From the NCBI GenBank assembly GCA_030141605.1, contig JAQGDQ010000081.1:434001-498000 (forward strand): a DNA stretch of 64,000 nucleotides, read 5' to 3'. The stretch comes from Tubiluchus corallicola. Lineage: Eukaryota; Animalia; Priapulida. A program made the position numbers and the translations under genes. Numbering within the stretch: position 1 is the first letter of the stretch; every line of letters starts with the position of its first letter. Of this stretch, positions 28,435 through 40,738 are shown piece by piece. Under the pieces are notes generated by a model, which worked only from the letters and a program-made list of their open reading frames with translations, was not told the DNA's origin and made no database searches.

Positions 28435-28510
28435 GGGCTGTTTGGTCCAGTGTTTGTGGTTATGGATTTGTAAGTCTAAGGTTACTCGTTCAAGTCTGGA
28501 TTCAGCCCCA
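28435..28510 (+). pseudogene. Degenerate tRNA-like sequence (pseudogene or SINE head)
   Basis: GGGCTG...CAGCCC terminal pairing over about 75 nt, TGGTCCAGTG box A-like, GTTCAAGTC box B-like; anticodon and T arms pair poorly. Confidence 0.4.
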
Positions 28511-31282
28511 CATTTTCCACATTCTTTTATCAAATATTTAATAACTGTAAATTTATTACTTCATTAGTCTCTTTTTATCGTTGGTCAAGTGTTTTTATTA
28601 GATTTTATGTAAAGTCCTGCTGTTTTGTTGTTTTTGGCTGTCTAATTTATGGACACTTCTACTCCCTTTTCCTGGAACCGCCATCAAAAAAGAATTACAA
28701 CCTGTTTTTCTGTCTTCTTTGGCCGCTACAAATAGGATTTAGATAACAAGACGAACATCAGACTTAATACCTCGTTAACCTTAGGCCAGCATCTTCAATC
28801 AAATTAGTCTCCCTGTAACATTTCCACGCACCATTGCATATCCGATTTCTCGGGCACCGATTACGATTAGTGATCTGGGTAACTGGCTTCATAATTGAGT
28901 TTGTCTATGATATACACGTGCTACAGGACTAGTGGCTGTTGTAAGTTAAGCTGCAGGCTTCCTGTTACCAGAATTGGTATTCATCTGGTGCATGCTAAAA
29001 GGACACTGAGCAAAGTGATTTGTGGGCGATGATAATGAAAGACCCCTTGTGTGGGTCGTTTGTCATCTGCCATAGTGCTTTTTGCTATAATGAAGGCGGA
29101 AGTCCTCCCTGGATAGAATGTGAATCTTTACAAAAACTGGAGTGGAAAAAAGTGGGTGGAAATGGAAAGATTATTAACGAACTATCAAGCTGATTTGTTG
29201 TAGTGATTTTTGTGATATGGTTTTATGAGCACTTGCCTTTGTAAATGGGTTTTTGCTGGAAATTAGAATGGAATAGAAGAGGTAGTGCTCCTATCAGTAG
29301 AAATTTAAGTGACATGGCTCTGTCGCTCTTTACATACATCCTACAGCATCCCAAACTGTTATTAAACCATATTTTGGTGATCAAAAACTAATTGTACTAG
29401 GAATCAATTGTCTTCTTGAGCCTTGTGGCCCTCCGGCAAGGACAGGGCCATCCAGCGAGGACCTTCAGCTCCAAAGAAGGGCGAGCTTTTTGCATTTATT
29501 CCTTGTAATTTTGTAATCTAACATTATCTGCAAATCTGTTATCTGTAATCTGCAAAGAATGTGAATTGGCCCTGACGTTCATATTAGAACGTTTGTTTTG
29601 ATATTAAGTGATATTAGCAAGAGCTGTTCTAGCACACTTCACAGTCTTCACTGCAGTTCAGAATAACCAAGTGGATACGACGTATGCTTGGCTATATTAA
29701 AATAGTGAGTGTGGTCACTGCATGGAGAGGTAATGTCATTCTATTCTCCCATTTTACTTCGTAGACGGAAGATGTGACTAGGACACTTCTATCAGTTCAG
29801 TGCCTCATATCTTAGAGGCATATACCCTTGATACTGGGTTGTGTTCTTATCTCGCCAACGGTCCGCATTCAGGCCCTGTTGTTGAATGTAGAAGTCTCGC
29901 TGGGTCGTTATATTACAATGTAATTCAATGCCTGCCGTCACGTTTTTTTATATCTGCTGTCTATACACACTTTAAAGAAAATGTCAAGCTTTCTGGGATT
30001 ATTTCAAAAAATGTTCACGAAAAATGTTTGAAGAATTTAGTAATAAAAGTTTGATAAGTGCTTTGTGTAATTAGTAAAATGACTTTAAAGTTCACGATCA
30101 TTTCACGCTTGCACGCTCCTGTGTTGAATGCCCATTCTTCCACCAGTGACGTCATTCAGCACCTAGTCCATTTCCCTCAACAGTATAATAAGTTTTTGCA
30201 AAAAATTTGATAGCTAGTGTTATTAGGTAAGTTGCAGAAGTTTGAATTAGTTTAATTAGCAGGTGCTTACGAAAAGCCTAGATACGCTGGCAAAAAGTTG
30301 TGAAATCCACCAGTTAGGTCATAATTTTTAAGTGAATGGAGGCTACTGCCGAGTCTGAAGATTTCTATACAGCGGGTGTGTAAATGAACTTTTAATACTT
30401 TATAGACAGTTCTTGCTTAAATTTCTTTGTTATAACTTTCTAAGTCTAAGTGATCAAACCGAATATGCTAGCTGGCTTGTCTTTTCTTTTAAGCAGTGTA
30501 GTGAGCTTCGATAGCAAATTCACTATCTTAAAACAAACCGATGTGCTATGTTTTTTTCATTAATGCCTATATCAGACAGAAATCAATCAGTGCTGTTGGA
30601 GTTTAGAGGCAGATGTCAGGTGCTCCTAATAGCTAACAATAAATTGGAAGCCATTAGTTTATAGAAATCAATTGCCAAGAGGTAAATTAGACAGAGCCAA
30701 GGAGCTGACTCATGACTAGAAGATGCTGTTGACAGGATGCGCAAATGGCGAATGTGCGGCTGTGACTATGAGTAGGCAATTATTGAACATCAAGGAGAAA
30801 ATCATGTTACACAAAATGAGTTACTTTTAACTTATTTATCAGAAGTGCATGTAATATTTTCTGGCAACATTTGGAGTTGGATGTCTTTAATGGAAAACAA
30901 CGTTAGGGGGTTTCTTTATAGAATTTGGTAGCGCCTTAATTAGGCAGTTAATTATCCAGCCATTTGCCTAATCTTTAAATTGATGGTTATTAATTAATTA
31001 GCAGATTAATAGGAGATTAAGCTGATGGTAAGTAATGTGTGATCATGCGAAGTCTGATCCCAATAATTATCACCCCAGCTTGGGTTACTGTATCTGTGTG
31101 AGGCTAGACTAAGGTCATATAAACACTAAATACTTTTCAGTGAGCTATGAGAAGAATTAAATAATAACTAAGCATTGTTATAATGTAATAAGTTATAAGT
31201 ATAGTAATAAATCAGTTGTTATAAGCATTGATTACTTCTGCTGAAGAAACCAATTTAAATGTGGTAAATCTTTATTTTTCAG

Positions 31283-31515
31283 AGGGTATTCTCTCCTACA
31301 GCATGCCACAAGGAGAGATGAGAGGTCTGGAGATAGACCTATTTGACAAAACCTACGATGGTCATGAAGAGAACCATTTCCTGTATGGTGGACTTGGGCA
31401 GCTGACTGACGGTCAAAAGGGACCAGACAACTTCAGACTAGACATTCGCGGGCTAGGAAAAGGCTATGAGTGGGTTGGTTGGAGAAATGATACAGGTGCA
31501 CAAAAACCCATTGAG
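31283..31515 (+). CDS. Ddr: Ddr exon, DS-like domain
   Basis: ttttcag|...GAG|gtaaat; GILSYSMPQG...YDG...GGLGQLTDG...GYEWVGW. Confidence 0.96.
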
Positions 31516-31681
31516 GTAAATTAATAGCACAGGCATTCATACTATAGTAATGTTACGTAGCAGAAGTGTTTGACTATTGAAATAATCCTGTATATTTGGC
31601 TACTTTTCAGCCACATTTAAATGTAATCTAGATTCCCTTCAGTGAGTTTTGAATGAGTTAATCCTGTTTAGATATTGAATG

Positions 31682-32285
31682 TAGGGATGTTAACGAGCAC
31701 ACATTTTTTGATGACACGATATCATCCCTTTTTTCCGACGATCCGATGACGATAATCTTTTTTTTAAACGATGCGATACAATAAATTATTTTGAACGTTA
31801 AAAATGGTACTGAACTTGTGGTTAATTATTGTTCAAACACACTATTTCAGGCTGGTTCCCGATTAATGTATATTGTAATTTGGCAAAGGTCTCCTCTTTT
31901 TTTAGTCATGAAATAATGTGATGGACAAATATATTATGAGATGCATTACTACATAATATATTCAGTTATGTGAGCTCCACTGACTGCATGTAACTGGAAA
32001 GATACCTCTAAAAATACCATACTTGGTGTTTGTGTGTTACTAAACTGACTGAAGTCAGCTGCTATTGCAGGAAGAAAGAATGAGAAGGTTATTCAAACAA
32101 CCTTATAAATAGCTCTTTTTCAGTTTTTTTTTTGTATAATTCTAGTGCATAAATGAAAAAGCAAAGTGAAATGATTTTATATAAAGCTGTTACATGATGA
32201 TATTCACCAAATTCGATAGGATAACGATTGAAAATTAATTTTTCGTATCGATATGATAATTATTATCATATCGTTAACATCCCTA
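31682..32285. mobile_element. Non-autonomous hAT element in Ddr intron
   Basis: Perfect 15-bp TIR TAGGGATGTTAACGA / TCGTTAACATCCCTA; CGAT subterminal repeats; TSD degenerate. Confidence 0.82.
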
Positions 32286-32388
32286 CTTAAATATGTTTAA
32301 AACCTTTCTTTCAAGATCTTGAACATGGCACATTTCTAGAAAGTGACTAGTCACAACATTTTTACAAAATTTGAACTTTGTTTTTCAG

Positions 32389-32557
32389 ATAATATTTACG
32401 TTCGACCAAATTAGGAATTTCTCAATGGTGAGAATTCACTGTAACAATTTATTCAGCAAGGACGTCCAAGTTTTCTCGACGGCTCACGTCTTCTTTAGTG
32501 TTACAGGGAGGAAATACCGACCTGAACCAGTTGTGTATACTTACATGCCAGACACAG
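32389..32557 (+). CDS. Ddr: Ddr exon, DS-like domain
   Basis: ttttcag|...G|gtaatc; IIFTFDQIRNFSMVRIHCNN. Confidence 0.95.
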
Positions 32558-32666
32558 GTAATCCATGTAAAATATTTTTTCATTTTTGACCATTTTTTGA
32601 TTTTTCGAAAAATGTGTAACCTACCGGTGCATTATGCATACAGATACATTTCTTGTTTCGTTCTAG

Positions 32667-32786
32667 TGGTAGAAATGGCGAGATCAGTTAATATCAATCT
32701 GGGCCACCAGGTGGCAAAGTATATCAAGATCGTATTCTCCATGCAGTCGAGGTGGCTGATGATTAGCGAAGTTTCTTTTGATTCAG
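32667..32786 (+). CDS. Ddr: Ddr exon, end of DS-like domain
   Basis: ttctag|...G|gtttgt; ends WLMISEVSFDS. Confidence 0.95.
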
Positions 32787-33127
32787 GTTTGTTGTCACAA
32801 TAACTAGAACTATTAGTATATAAGCATTTTACCACTTTTTTCTTAGTTTTAGGCCCTATATTGATAATGATAGTAGCGTTCACAGTGAGAGTCACATGAT
32901 GTTTTTCGCTAGAAAAATTTCACGCTTTGCAAAGTAGTTTGAGCAAATTGTTCACTTTATGATCAAATATTGTGGTTAGTGGCTCATGTGTAGCTGTTGT
33001 TAACCAGGTTTGTCTATTAAAGAATGATGGACATTAACTTTTATCCTAAAGCATGTGCACTGCATGGAACTATAGTTCTGTCAGTATTTGAAAACAATTT
33101 CCGATATAAAAAGTGCCCTTTTTGTAG

Positions 33128-33235
33128 ACGTTGTTAACGGAAATTTGTCCGGAGACCTGGAGAGCGAAGCGGCACATGATGTCAATACCGCACTTCAAGA
33201 CATGCCGCCCTACTATCGAGAAGATGGTGCCACAG
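33128..33235 (+). CDS. Ddr: Ddr exon, extracellular juxtamembrane stalk (not in ORF track)
   Basis: tttgtag|...ACAG|gtaagt; 108 nt, phase 1-1, open: DVVNGNLSGDLESEAAHDVNTALQDMPPYYREDGAT. Confidence 0.85.
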
Positions 33236-33687
33236 GTAAGTGTGCATAAGTTCATATTTGTGCTTTTTAACTATTCTACATAATAGGTAAACCTTAATGG
33301 TAACTTGGATACTATGTGTTTCAAGCTCAGTTATTTTATACATGCGTAATTTGAAGTCTCTGATTAAAAATTTTACTAACTGTTGACAAGTAATGAAGTC
33401 GTATATTTTCAAAAGTTTCAAAAGTAGCTTAATATTAATATACTGTGTTTTTCGAAATGTGAAATGACGATTTAGTGATATCGTAAACATGTAATTCATA
33501 AATCTCTTGAACTCTTTTTACATTAATTTCTTATTATTTTAATGGTCTTACTTCCAATACTTGGTGAACTGTATTTTTATATGGTTATTAGCCACCTGAA
33601 TGAACTAAGCCTAAAACTAACCTTATAACATTTTTTAGTCTCAGCAACAGCATAATTTTTTTTACACTTTTTGTGTTTTTTCCTCAG

Positions 33688-33908
33688 ACCAAGGCGATAT
33701 TACGACTCATGCCTCAGTGAGTGCCTCGAAAGAGGGAAGTACATTTCTGGACAAATACATCGGTCTTATTTTTGGCGTGCCCGCTGCTGTCATTTTACTG
33801 TTGGTGACAACTATTGCCATAATCATGCTGCGAAATAAGAGGAGGAAACAGAACAACAATCATACTGTTCTAAAAGATTGCGAGAAACGTGTTACCATTA
33901 ATATGAAG
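33688..33908 (+). CDS. Ddr: Ddr exon, transmembrane helix
   Basis: tcctcag|...AAG|gtcaga; YIGLIFGVPAAVILLLVTTIAIIML followed by basic RNKRRK. Confidence 0.94.
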
Positions 33909-34283
33909 GTCAGACATTCTCTTAAGCAATGAAGAAATTATATTAGCAGCAACAAAAGTTTTTGTGTATGTTTCTTGCCAAATTGGATTAATAAATTACA
34001 CTTTCGGAAAAAAGAATGTGATTATAATTATGTTTAAAGTCCATTGTGTTTACAGTGTGTGCTGAATAAACCAAAGTTAAGTAAGCATCTTTGATTCTGA
34101 TTTAGAAATAGATAGATGACTGCCACGAAAATCGTTTTTGGGTCGTATCTTGTGGTTTTAGGGGATTGCCAATGAAATAGATTCCAGTCCTGCCATCTTT
34201 ATTCAGCATTACTTGTAAGCCTTGGCCTTGAGTGCTGTATTATACCACAAGGTATGCCAAGTGTAAAAAAGTATTCCTTACAG

Positions 34284-34503
34284 GACATGAAGATGAACAT
34301 AACGTCCCGATCCTCAAATGGCAACTTGTACGGTAGTGTGGCACTTGATGACCCAGAAAAGACCATCTACCAGGAACCGCATCTAGATACAATATTACAA
34401 TCTCGGAAGCTTCCGGAGCCTCCTATTGGCACGTTTAAGCCTCCAGGCTCTCTTTACACTAACCCAATTCCCGATTTCCGTATAGGAACACCACTGTTTG
34501 ATG
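34284..34503 (+). CDS. Ddr: Ddr exon, cytoplasmic juxtamembrane region
   Basis: ttacag|GAC...G|gtaagt; open frame with YQEP and Pro-rich sequence. Confidence 0.9.
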
Positions 34504-35007
34504 GTAAGTGGAACTAACTCTTCTGAATGTTGTTGTCAGAATCATTTTAGACTAACCATTTTAAGAAGCATTTGCTAACACTGAGTTTATGTTTGGCTTT
34601 TGTTGCTAACTGTACATAACCCATTGTTTTTGTTGCATGTTTGGAGTGCTTGTAAATGGGCCAAATTTTTGCAGCTCTTATATGTACAGATATGGTTTAA
34701 TGCAGCAGCTATGTGTCATTTCATAAGAAACAATGTTGCTATGGAGTGCAGATTTTAGAATTTCTGTTACTAACAGCGTTTTCATTTTATCTTATCTGTT
34801 AACTCTCTGTCAGCATCCATTTAACTCGTTGCCATTTTGTGTTGTCACATAATTGCCTATCATAGTTCATTTTTGGAGCAAAATTCTAAAGAAATAACAC
34901 ATTGAATTAACTAAACTTGCCTACCTTTAGGCAAGTGACATTAACTAATTACCACTAGCATAACTACACAGTCTGCATTACTAACCACAGCATTTTTATT
35001 GGTGCAG

Positions 35008-35097
35008 ATAATGTGGCAACTGACATACCCATCAAACAAGACAGTAGCACCATCAGAAAACTGGCTCCTCCCCCACCAACTGTTCCTAAGCGTATAG
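35008..35097 (+). CDS. Ddr: Ddr putative cassette exon, Pro-rich juxtamembrane insert (not in ORF track)
   Basis: gtgcag|...ATAG|gtaagc; 90 nt, phase 1-1, open: DNVATDIPIKQDSSTIRKLAPPPPTVPKRI. Confidence 0.78.
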   Translation: MMWQLTYPSNKTVAPSENWLLPHQLFLSV

Positions 35098-35760
35098 GTA
35101 AGCCCCATAGCTTACTGCTTAGCTAGTTTTGCACAGTATAGCAAGCTTTGCAGCTTGTTGCTTGACTGATTGTATGGTTTTCTTACATTCAACACGTGAA
35201 TTAAATTAAAGCTGTAAGTTCTGAGCTTCTGTGACGGTGTAATTATGCAAGATTGATTTCAGAAGATTTCTGACTAACACCAAGTTAAATTTTTTTTCTT
35301 TAATCACAACTAACAACTATAAACTCTACTAATAACTAAAAGCTCCGTAATAAAGTAGCTGTTAATGGCGACTATAGTTATAAAATAAAAGCCTTATCTT
35401 TCTCGAATATCAGGCTGCCTTATTTCTTCTTGATAAAATGCTCATTTCTTATTGTTGCTTTGTTCGATATTTTTGGTTTGCCATTTTTTGCCTGCTTAGA
35501 AATCTGTGCTTCAAGTCTAAAATGTATTGTGATATTTCCATTATTTTCTTTCATTTAAATTCAAAATTTTCGCTTTGCATGGTCAGCATGTGGCTAATTT
35601 TTTAGTGTTTTTATCGAGGCCTGTCTATTGAGCAATGTTGATGCTGTAACTGACTAATTGAATTCTTATGCATGGATGTTTCATCATCACGTATCATGCA
35701 TGCAAAGTCATTATTCATTAAGCTAATTGATGCCTAATTACTTTTTGTATGTATATGTAG

Positions 35761-35942
35761 AATCCGTGCCATCGAGAGAATATGCTGTACCCGATGTAGC
35801 ACTGAAAAGTAATGGAATAAATACAATAAATGGACTTTCCAAAGACATGCCACCAAAAGTGATAGTCCCACCAAAGCCAAGTGAGGTGTTAGCTCAACAC
35901 TATGCGGAGTCTGAGCTCTTTAAAATACAAAATATTCAGGGG
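35761..35942 (+). CDS. Ddr: Ddr exon, juxtamembrane region
   Basis: atgtag|...GGG|gtaagt; REYAVP, HYAE, IQG motifs typical of DDRs. Confidence 0.93.
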
Positions 35943-36371
35943 GTAAGTGCATCTGCTTCGTAGCTAATATATAGGTCACTTGGTGAAATCACGAAAATCT
36001 GTTTGCATTACAACTAAAAAACTGAATTTTTGTAGTTCAGCAAATAATAATACAGCATTAAATGACTTTATTCCAGCTCATGCAACTCGGTGAAATTATT
36101 GGGCTCAAAATAATTGCCTAAATCCACTGATTAAAAAACAAATTGATCCATTGTTTTGTGGGCTTGAAGAACTATCGAAAAATTGTCAGATTTTTAAACC
36201 AGAAGGTACGGGTCTATTCTGATTCTCTGTATTGGAGAGCATCTGTTTGGCAGTCTACCATTAACTTATTATTGAACTAATGGAAGGTATGGCATTTAAA
36301 TCAGCTACATTCCGAGAACCTTTGTGAAAAATATGTGAGTAAAATGTAATAATGGAACGTTTTTTGTGCAG

Positions 36372-36622
36372 GTTAGCGGAAATAATGTGTATGCAGCGCC
36401 CGGGGATTTGCTGTCTGCCAGTCGGGATGGCGACCTTTTAATACCAGAGTTTCCTCGACAGAATCTCCACTTTCTGGAGAAGTTGGGAGAGGGACAGTTT
36501 GGTGAAGTGCATTTATGTGAGGCAGAGGGAATCTGTGCTCTTATTGATGCTCCTTCAACCAAGAGCAACTCTATGCTTGTCGCAGTGAAGTTACTAAGAA
36601 GAAATGCCACTGAATTAGCAAG
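36372..36622 (+). CDS. Ddr: Ddr exon, kinase N-lobe
   Basis: gtgcag|...AG|gtatgt; LGEGQFGEVHLC, VAVK. Confidence 0.97.
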
Positions 36623-36886
36623 GTATGTGAGCTGTTTTGAAAACTATTGTTCATTACATTCCCACTAAAATTTTGTCTTCAGTTTTTGTTTTAGGCATAA
36701 ATCAAATCTTACTCGGTTTTGGAGCACTTTGACAGCACATGACACTGATCATTTTAATAATGTTATTTTAATAATTGTAATATCAGCAATTTTTGTAATA
36801 TCTAGGTCTCATTCTGGGTTTATCTTTTCATATCTACAGACTGTTGGTTGTTTATGAGTTTCAATCACTCTTGTCTGCTTTTTCAG

Positions 36887-37084
36887 GCAAGATTTTCAAA
36901 AGGAAGTTCGAATCATGGCCAGGTTACAAGATCCGAACATTGTCCGAGTTCTGGGTTCTTGCGTAAACGAAGAACCCATGTGTGTCATAGTGGAATACAT
37001 GGAGAATGGAGACCTCAATCAGTATTTGCTAGAACACGAATACGAGTCGGAGGTGGCAAGAGCAGCCGGTACTAAAACATTAAG
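36887..37084 (+). CDS. Ddr: Ddr exon, kinase domain
   Basis: tttcag|...AG|gttagt; DFQKEVRIM...EYMENGDLNQYL. Confidence 0.97.
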
Positions 37085-37354
37085 GTTAGTTGCATCAGTA
37101 GAAACGATAAGTTAATCTCAAATGCACGTTTGTCTATCTTAATGGCTTATGAAGATCTGTTATTTGTGAGGCGTTTTATGATACTGAGACAGATTGTTTC
37201 CTAGTTTTCAGTTTTTTGAAGGCTATGCTACTTTAAATATAATGGAAGCCACACATGGCATTCTAGTCTTGGAACTTAAAAGTAAACTACAAAGTGGTTG
37301 CCTATTCATCTCTTATCGTGCCATAGTTTAAATAATGTGGCATTTACTTTTTAG

Positions 37355-37589
37355 CTACGGAAGCCTTATATACATGGCTACACAGATATCATCGGGAATG
37401 AAATATCTCGAGTCTCTAAACTTCGTCCATCGAGATCTAGCAACAAGAAATTGCCTAGTGGGCAAGAACTATACCATAAAAATTGCTGATTTTGGCATGA
37501 GTCGGAACTTGTATACGGTCGATTACTATCGGATAGAAGGCCGAGCCGTATTACCTATTCGGTGGATGGCATGGGAAAGTATTTTGTTG
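37355..37589 (+). CDS. Ddr: Ddr exon, catalytic and activation loops
   Basis: ttttag|...TTG|gtacgt; [32 protein letters not shown]. Confidence 0.98.
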
Positions 37590-37784
37590 GTACGTAGCTA
37601 TTTGAAATATAAGTTTAGCACATTTTTCCTATTTTTGGTTAATCATTTTATCCTAATTGTAAGCATCTGTTTTACATAGACTTTATTATAATGTTCTATT
37701 TACGGATGAAAGTACAGACAAAAGTGCTTGTTATTCAGTTGGTCTGTTTGGTTACCCAGTTGATTTATTTCTGTGTGATTTTAG

Positions 37785-38093
37785 GGGAGGTTTACATGTA
37801 AAAGTGATGTCTGGTCATTTGCTGTTACGTTATGGGAAATCATTACGTTAGCACGTGAGGCACCATACTGCAATCTCAACGACGAAGAAGTCATAGAAAA
37901 TGTCGGAAACTTCTACAGGAATGAAGGCCAGCAGACATACTTACCGCAACCCGAACTGTGTCCTAAAGAAATCTACGATCTCATGCGTGAATGCTGGCAG
38001 CGCAATGAATCGGATAGACCGAACTTTCGCGAAATTCACTTGTTCTTGCAACGGAAAAACCTTGGTTATTCTCCGGAAGAAATGCGCTGCTAG
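37785..38093 (+). CDS. Ddr: Ddr last coding exon, kinase C-lobe (true frame not in ORF track)
   Basis: ttttag|GGGAGG; GRFTCKSDVWSFAVTLWE...IYDLMRECW...RPNFREIHLFLQRKNLGYSPEEMRC, stop TAG 38091-38093. Confidence 0.97.
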   Translation, partial: GRFTCKSDVWSFAVTLWEIITLAREAPYCNLNDEEVIENVGNFYRNEGQQTYLPQPELCPKEIYDLMRECWQRNESDRPNFREIHLFLQRKNLGYSPEEMRC

Positions 38094-40630
38094 TGTCGAA
38101 TTTAAACTAAGCTGAAATTTCTATGAAAGTGTTGATTAATCATAATGTGAACAGTGCACTTCAAGTGATAAATGCTTTGCGCATGACAAACGATTATGTG
38201 ATCCCGTCTTAAAACCTCTGCTTGTAAATATGTTGTACAGTATACTATATACTACCAGGAACATTATCAGTGCATAGAACTGTGTTGATTGTTAGTTCTC
38301 ACATTTGAGAAATGTGATTGCATCTAGTGTTATTGTGCTCAGTCTTGACCAGTATTGTTGATTACAGAGAGACTAAGGTGGTGAAGATTTACGGGAGATG
38401 GCCAACATCGAAAGCATGCATATGCCCGACTAGCATTGAAGTACTGCTGTCACTAAATATTGTAGAATCGGTCCAGTATTTAAGTGTATTCAATAACAAC
38501 ATTACAATGATGTACTGTAATAGCACACAGCGAGGCGCTACAGGATGTATGTTAAGTTTGTGAGAGTACCCATTCGTTGCTTTAGTGTTTTGTCAGCAAA
38601 ATGCCAGGTGCTGAATCATTCATTCCTGGTGTTGAGGGAGTGATATATATTTTAGTAAACAAGTATTGTATAGAAGTGTCAAAAATTCAGCCATATGCTG
38701 TATAGTCATATTATTTCGTATAAGTGGTTGAATTTATACAAAAACACAGCAACGTCATTGCCCTCTTTAACCACAAATTTGTCAATACAATTTTTTCATT
38801 TTATTTCAAGTGAGTTGTTTGCAGTAAACAGTTTGTTTGCCTGATTTGTAAGGCAGAACATTGTTGTACACCCATAAACTTTTTTAATTCAGACTACTTA
38901 AACGATATTAAGAAATAACATTTGTAGTAAGTCCATCAGTAGAAATTTTCTTCAGACTTTTACTGAAGTTTTTTGTTAAACTTTCTATTTTTAGATGGAC
39001 AATTTAAATCTGTAGAAGTCTCTGGGAGTATTTTTATCTTTACTGAAACTAGTCATTTGGCTGCCAAATCAGCAAAGTTATGCAAACAATTTTTGGCCTT
39101 TTTTATTTGCAAAACATTTTCCTAATAAGGTTTAATGAGGTAACTTCCACAATGATTAAAAATTGTTGAATTGCGTAATATGATTCAACTGTATGTATCT
39201 GTAAATTGACCGCTGTATGTGTTGCTTCTATTTGTACAGTGTTCATGTTAGATTTATTGCCATTGTGAATTTGTTGAGATATTTTGGAAGGCAAGGTCGT
39301 TGTCCTGAATTAGTAGTTATGTATTATTGATTTTTTTTATGTGCTCTAGGTAGCTACAGAAACACCCGTTTTGTTTCCGTATCAAAAATCATGTATTATA
39401 TGAATTGTAGTTTAAATTGTTGTGTAAATAAAGTAGAGTGCTATATAGAGTAAAGTAATAAGTAGACAGCCATGCATGCAGAGCTACGAAATATGCTTAG
39501 TTATTTACAAGTTGAGTTTCATTTGCGAGGCCAGTACCTTGATTAGCATGTGCAATTTATTTAAGGCAATTACAATTTGTGTGTAACTTTTTATTCTGTC
39601 ACAGATGAAGCTACTTATATGTCTTTACCTTCATATTTTTATAGGTGGCAGTGAAAAGTGCTGGACATTGTTTTACTTTTTACTGCACTAAAAGTTCCTC
39701 TGTTAATTAACCCATATTTTTCACAGCCTGAATGGCTGCTGTCTTTTTGTGTTTGGATGAATTACAGTTGCACTGGGTTTTCTTAAAAATTGTGATCTGT
39801 AATTTAGTTTATTTATCTGTAATTTATTTGTCAAGTAATTGGTAATACATTCAATGAGAGAAGGTTGGCTAACGTAATGTGTTTCCTTGGTTTTTGTTTT
39901 CATTTTCTGCTGACAGATTGCCCTGTAAAACACTAGTCTCATAAGTAAAACAAGATACAGCTCTCATTAGGATACATAATAGGAAAATTAAAGATCATAG
40001 TTATCAACACTGAATGTTGTACGTTTATCTAACAATTGTAGTTAAGTGCCATCTATTGGCACTAAACTCAACTGAATTATATAGAACATATCCTATATTA
40101 ACTACGCGACTGGTTTAATAATCAGTGCCTTCCAGTTTCTTAGTTTTCATATACACAGCAAACAAATTTCAGGCTTAATTAGACTAGATTAAGTCTAGAT
40201 TCAATAATTATATGTACATGTAATCATTTCTCTTTTTTGGAAGCTGTAGTTTCATTTTGTTAGAAATATTCATCCTTACTGAGTGGCAATTATTTAAAAA
40301 AAGCAAAACCAGATTTACATGTACATGTAACATCTACATGTATGGCACTATAGTTTCTTCCAAGTTCTCTTGAATAGCATTTATGTACTCAAGATAACAC
40401 AGGCAGCACGATAACAGCTCAATCATTTCTGAATTAACTGAATTACGTTAATACATTTATTTATGGGTTTGGTTGCATTGTGTATTAGTTGTTCCAGGTG
40501 AAGATCAGGGTACTGACGTTATTTATTTGTCTTGTGCTTGAGTATTCAGTTGTGGTCATTGGGAACTTTCATGTAAACTTGTGCAAGAGATATACTGTAA
40601 ATTTTGTAATAAACATCATTGTAAAAAATA
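38094..40630 (+). other. Probable Ddr 3' UTR with candidate poly(A) signals at 39427 and 40608
   Basis: T/TG-rich, transposon-free tract after the stop; AATAAA at 39427-39432 and 40608-40613; end point uncertain. Confidence 0.5.
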
Positions 40631-40738
40631 CGTTTGTTTTTGCGCTTAATTTGACTGTGTATGACGTTGCCAGACTTGATTTCTAAGGCTATAAAAATTT
40701 GAGGTAAAACAATCATTCAAATGAAAAAAAAATTTTAA

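Noticed and set aside
38079-38099. Ddr C-terminal EEMRC as prenylation signal or stop readthrough
   Set aside because: Cys is the last residue (not CaaX) and TAG-T is not a leaky stop context.
37900-38115. 71-aa ORF at Ddr end
   Set aside because: Out-of-frame shadow of the real last Ddr exon.
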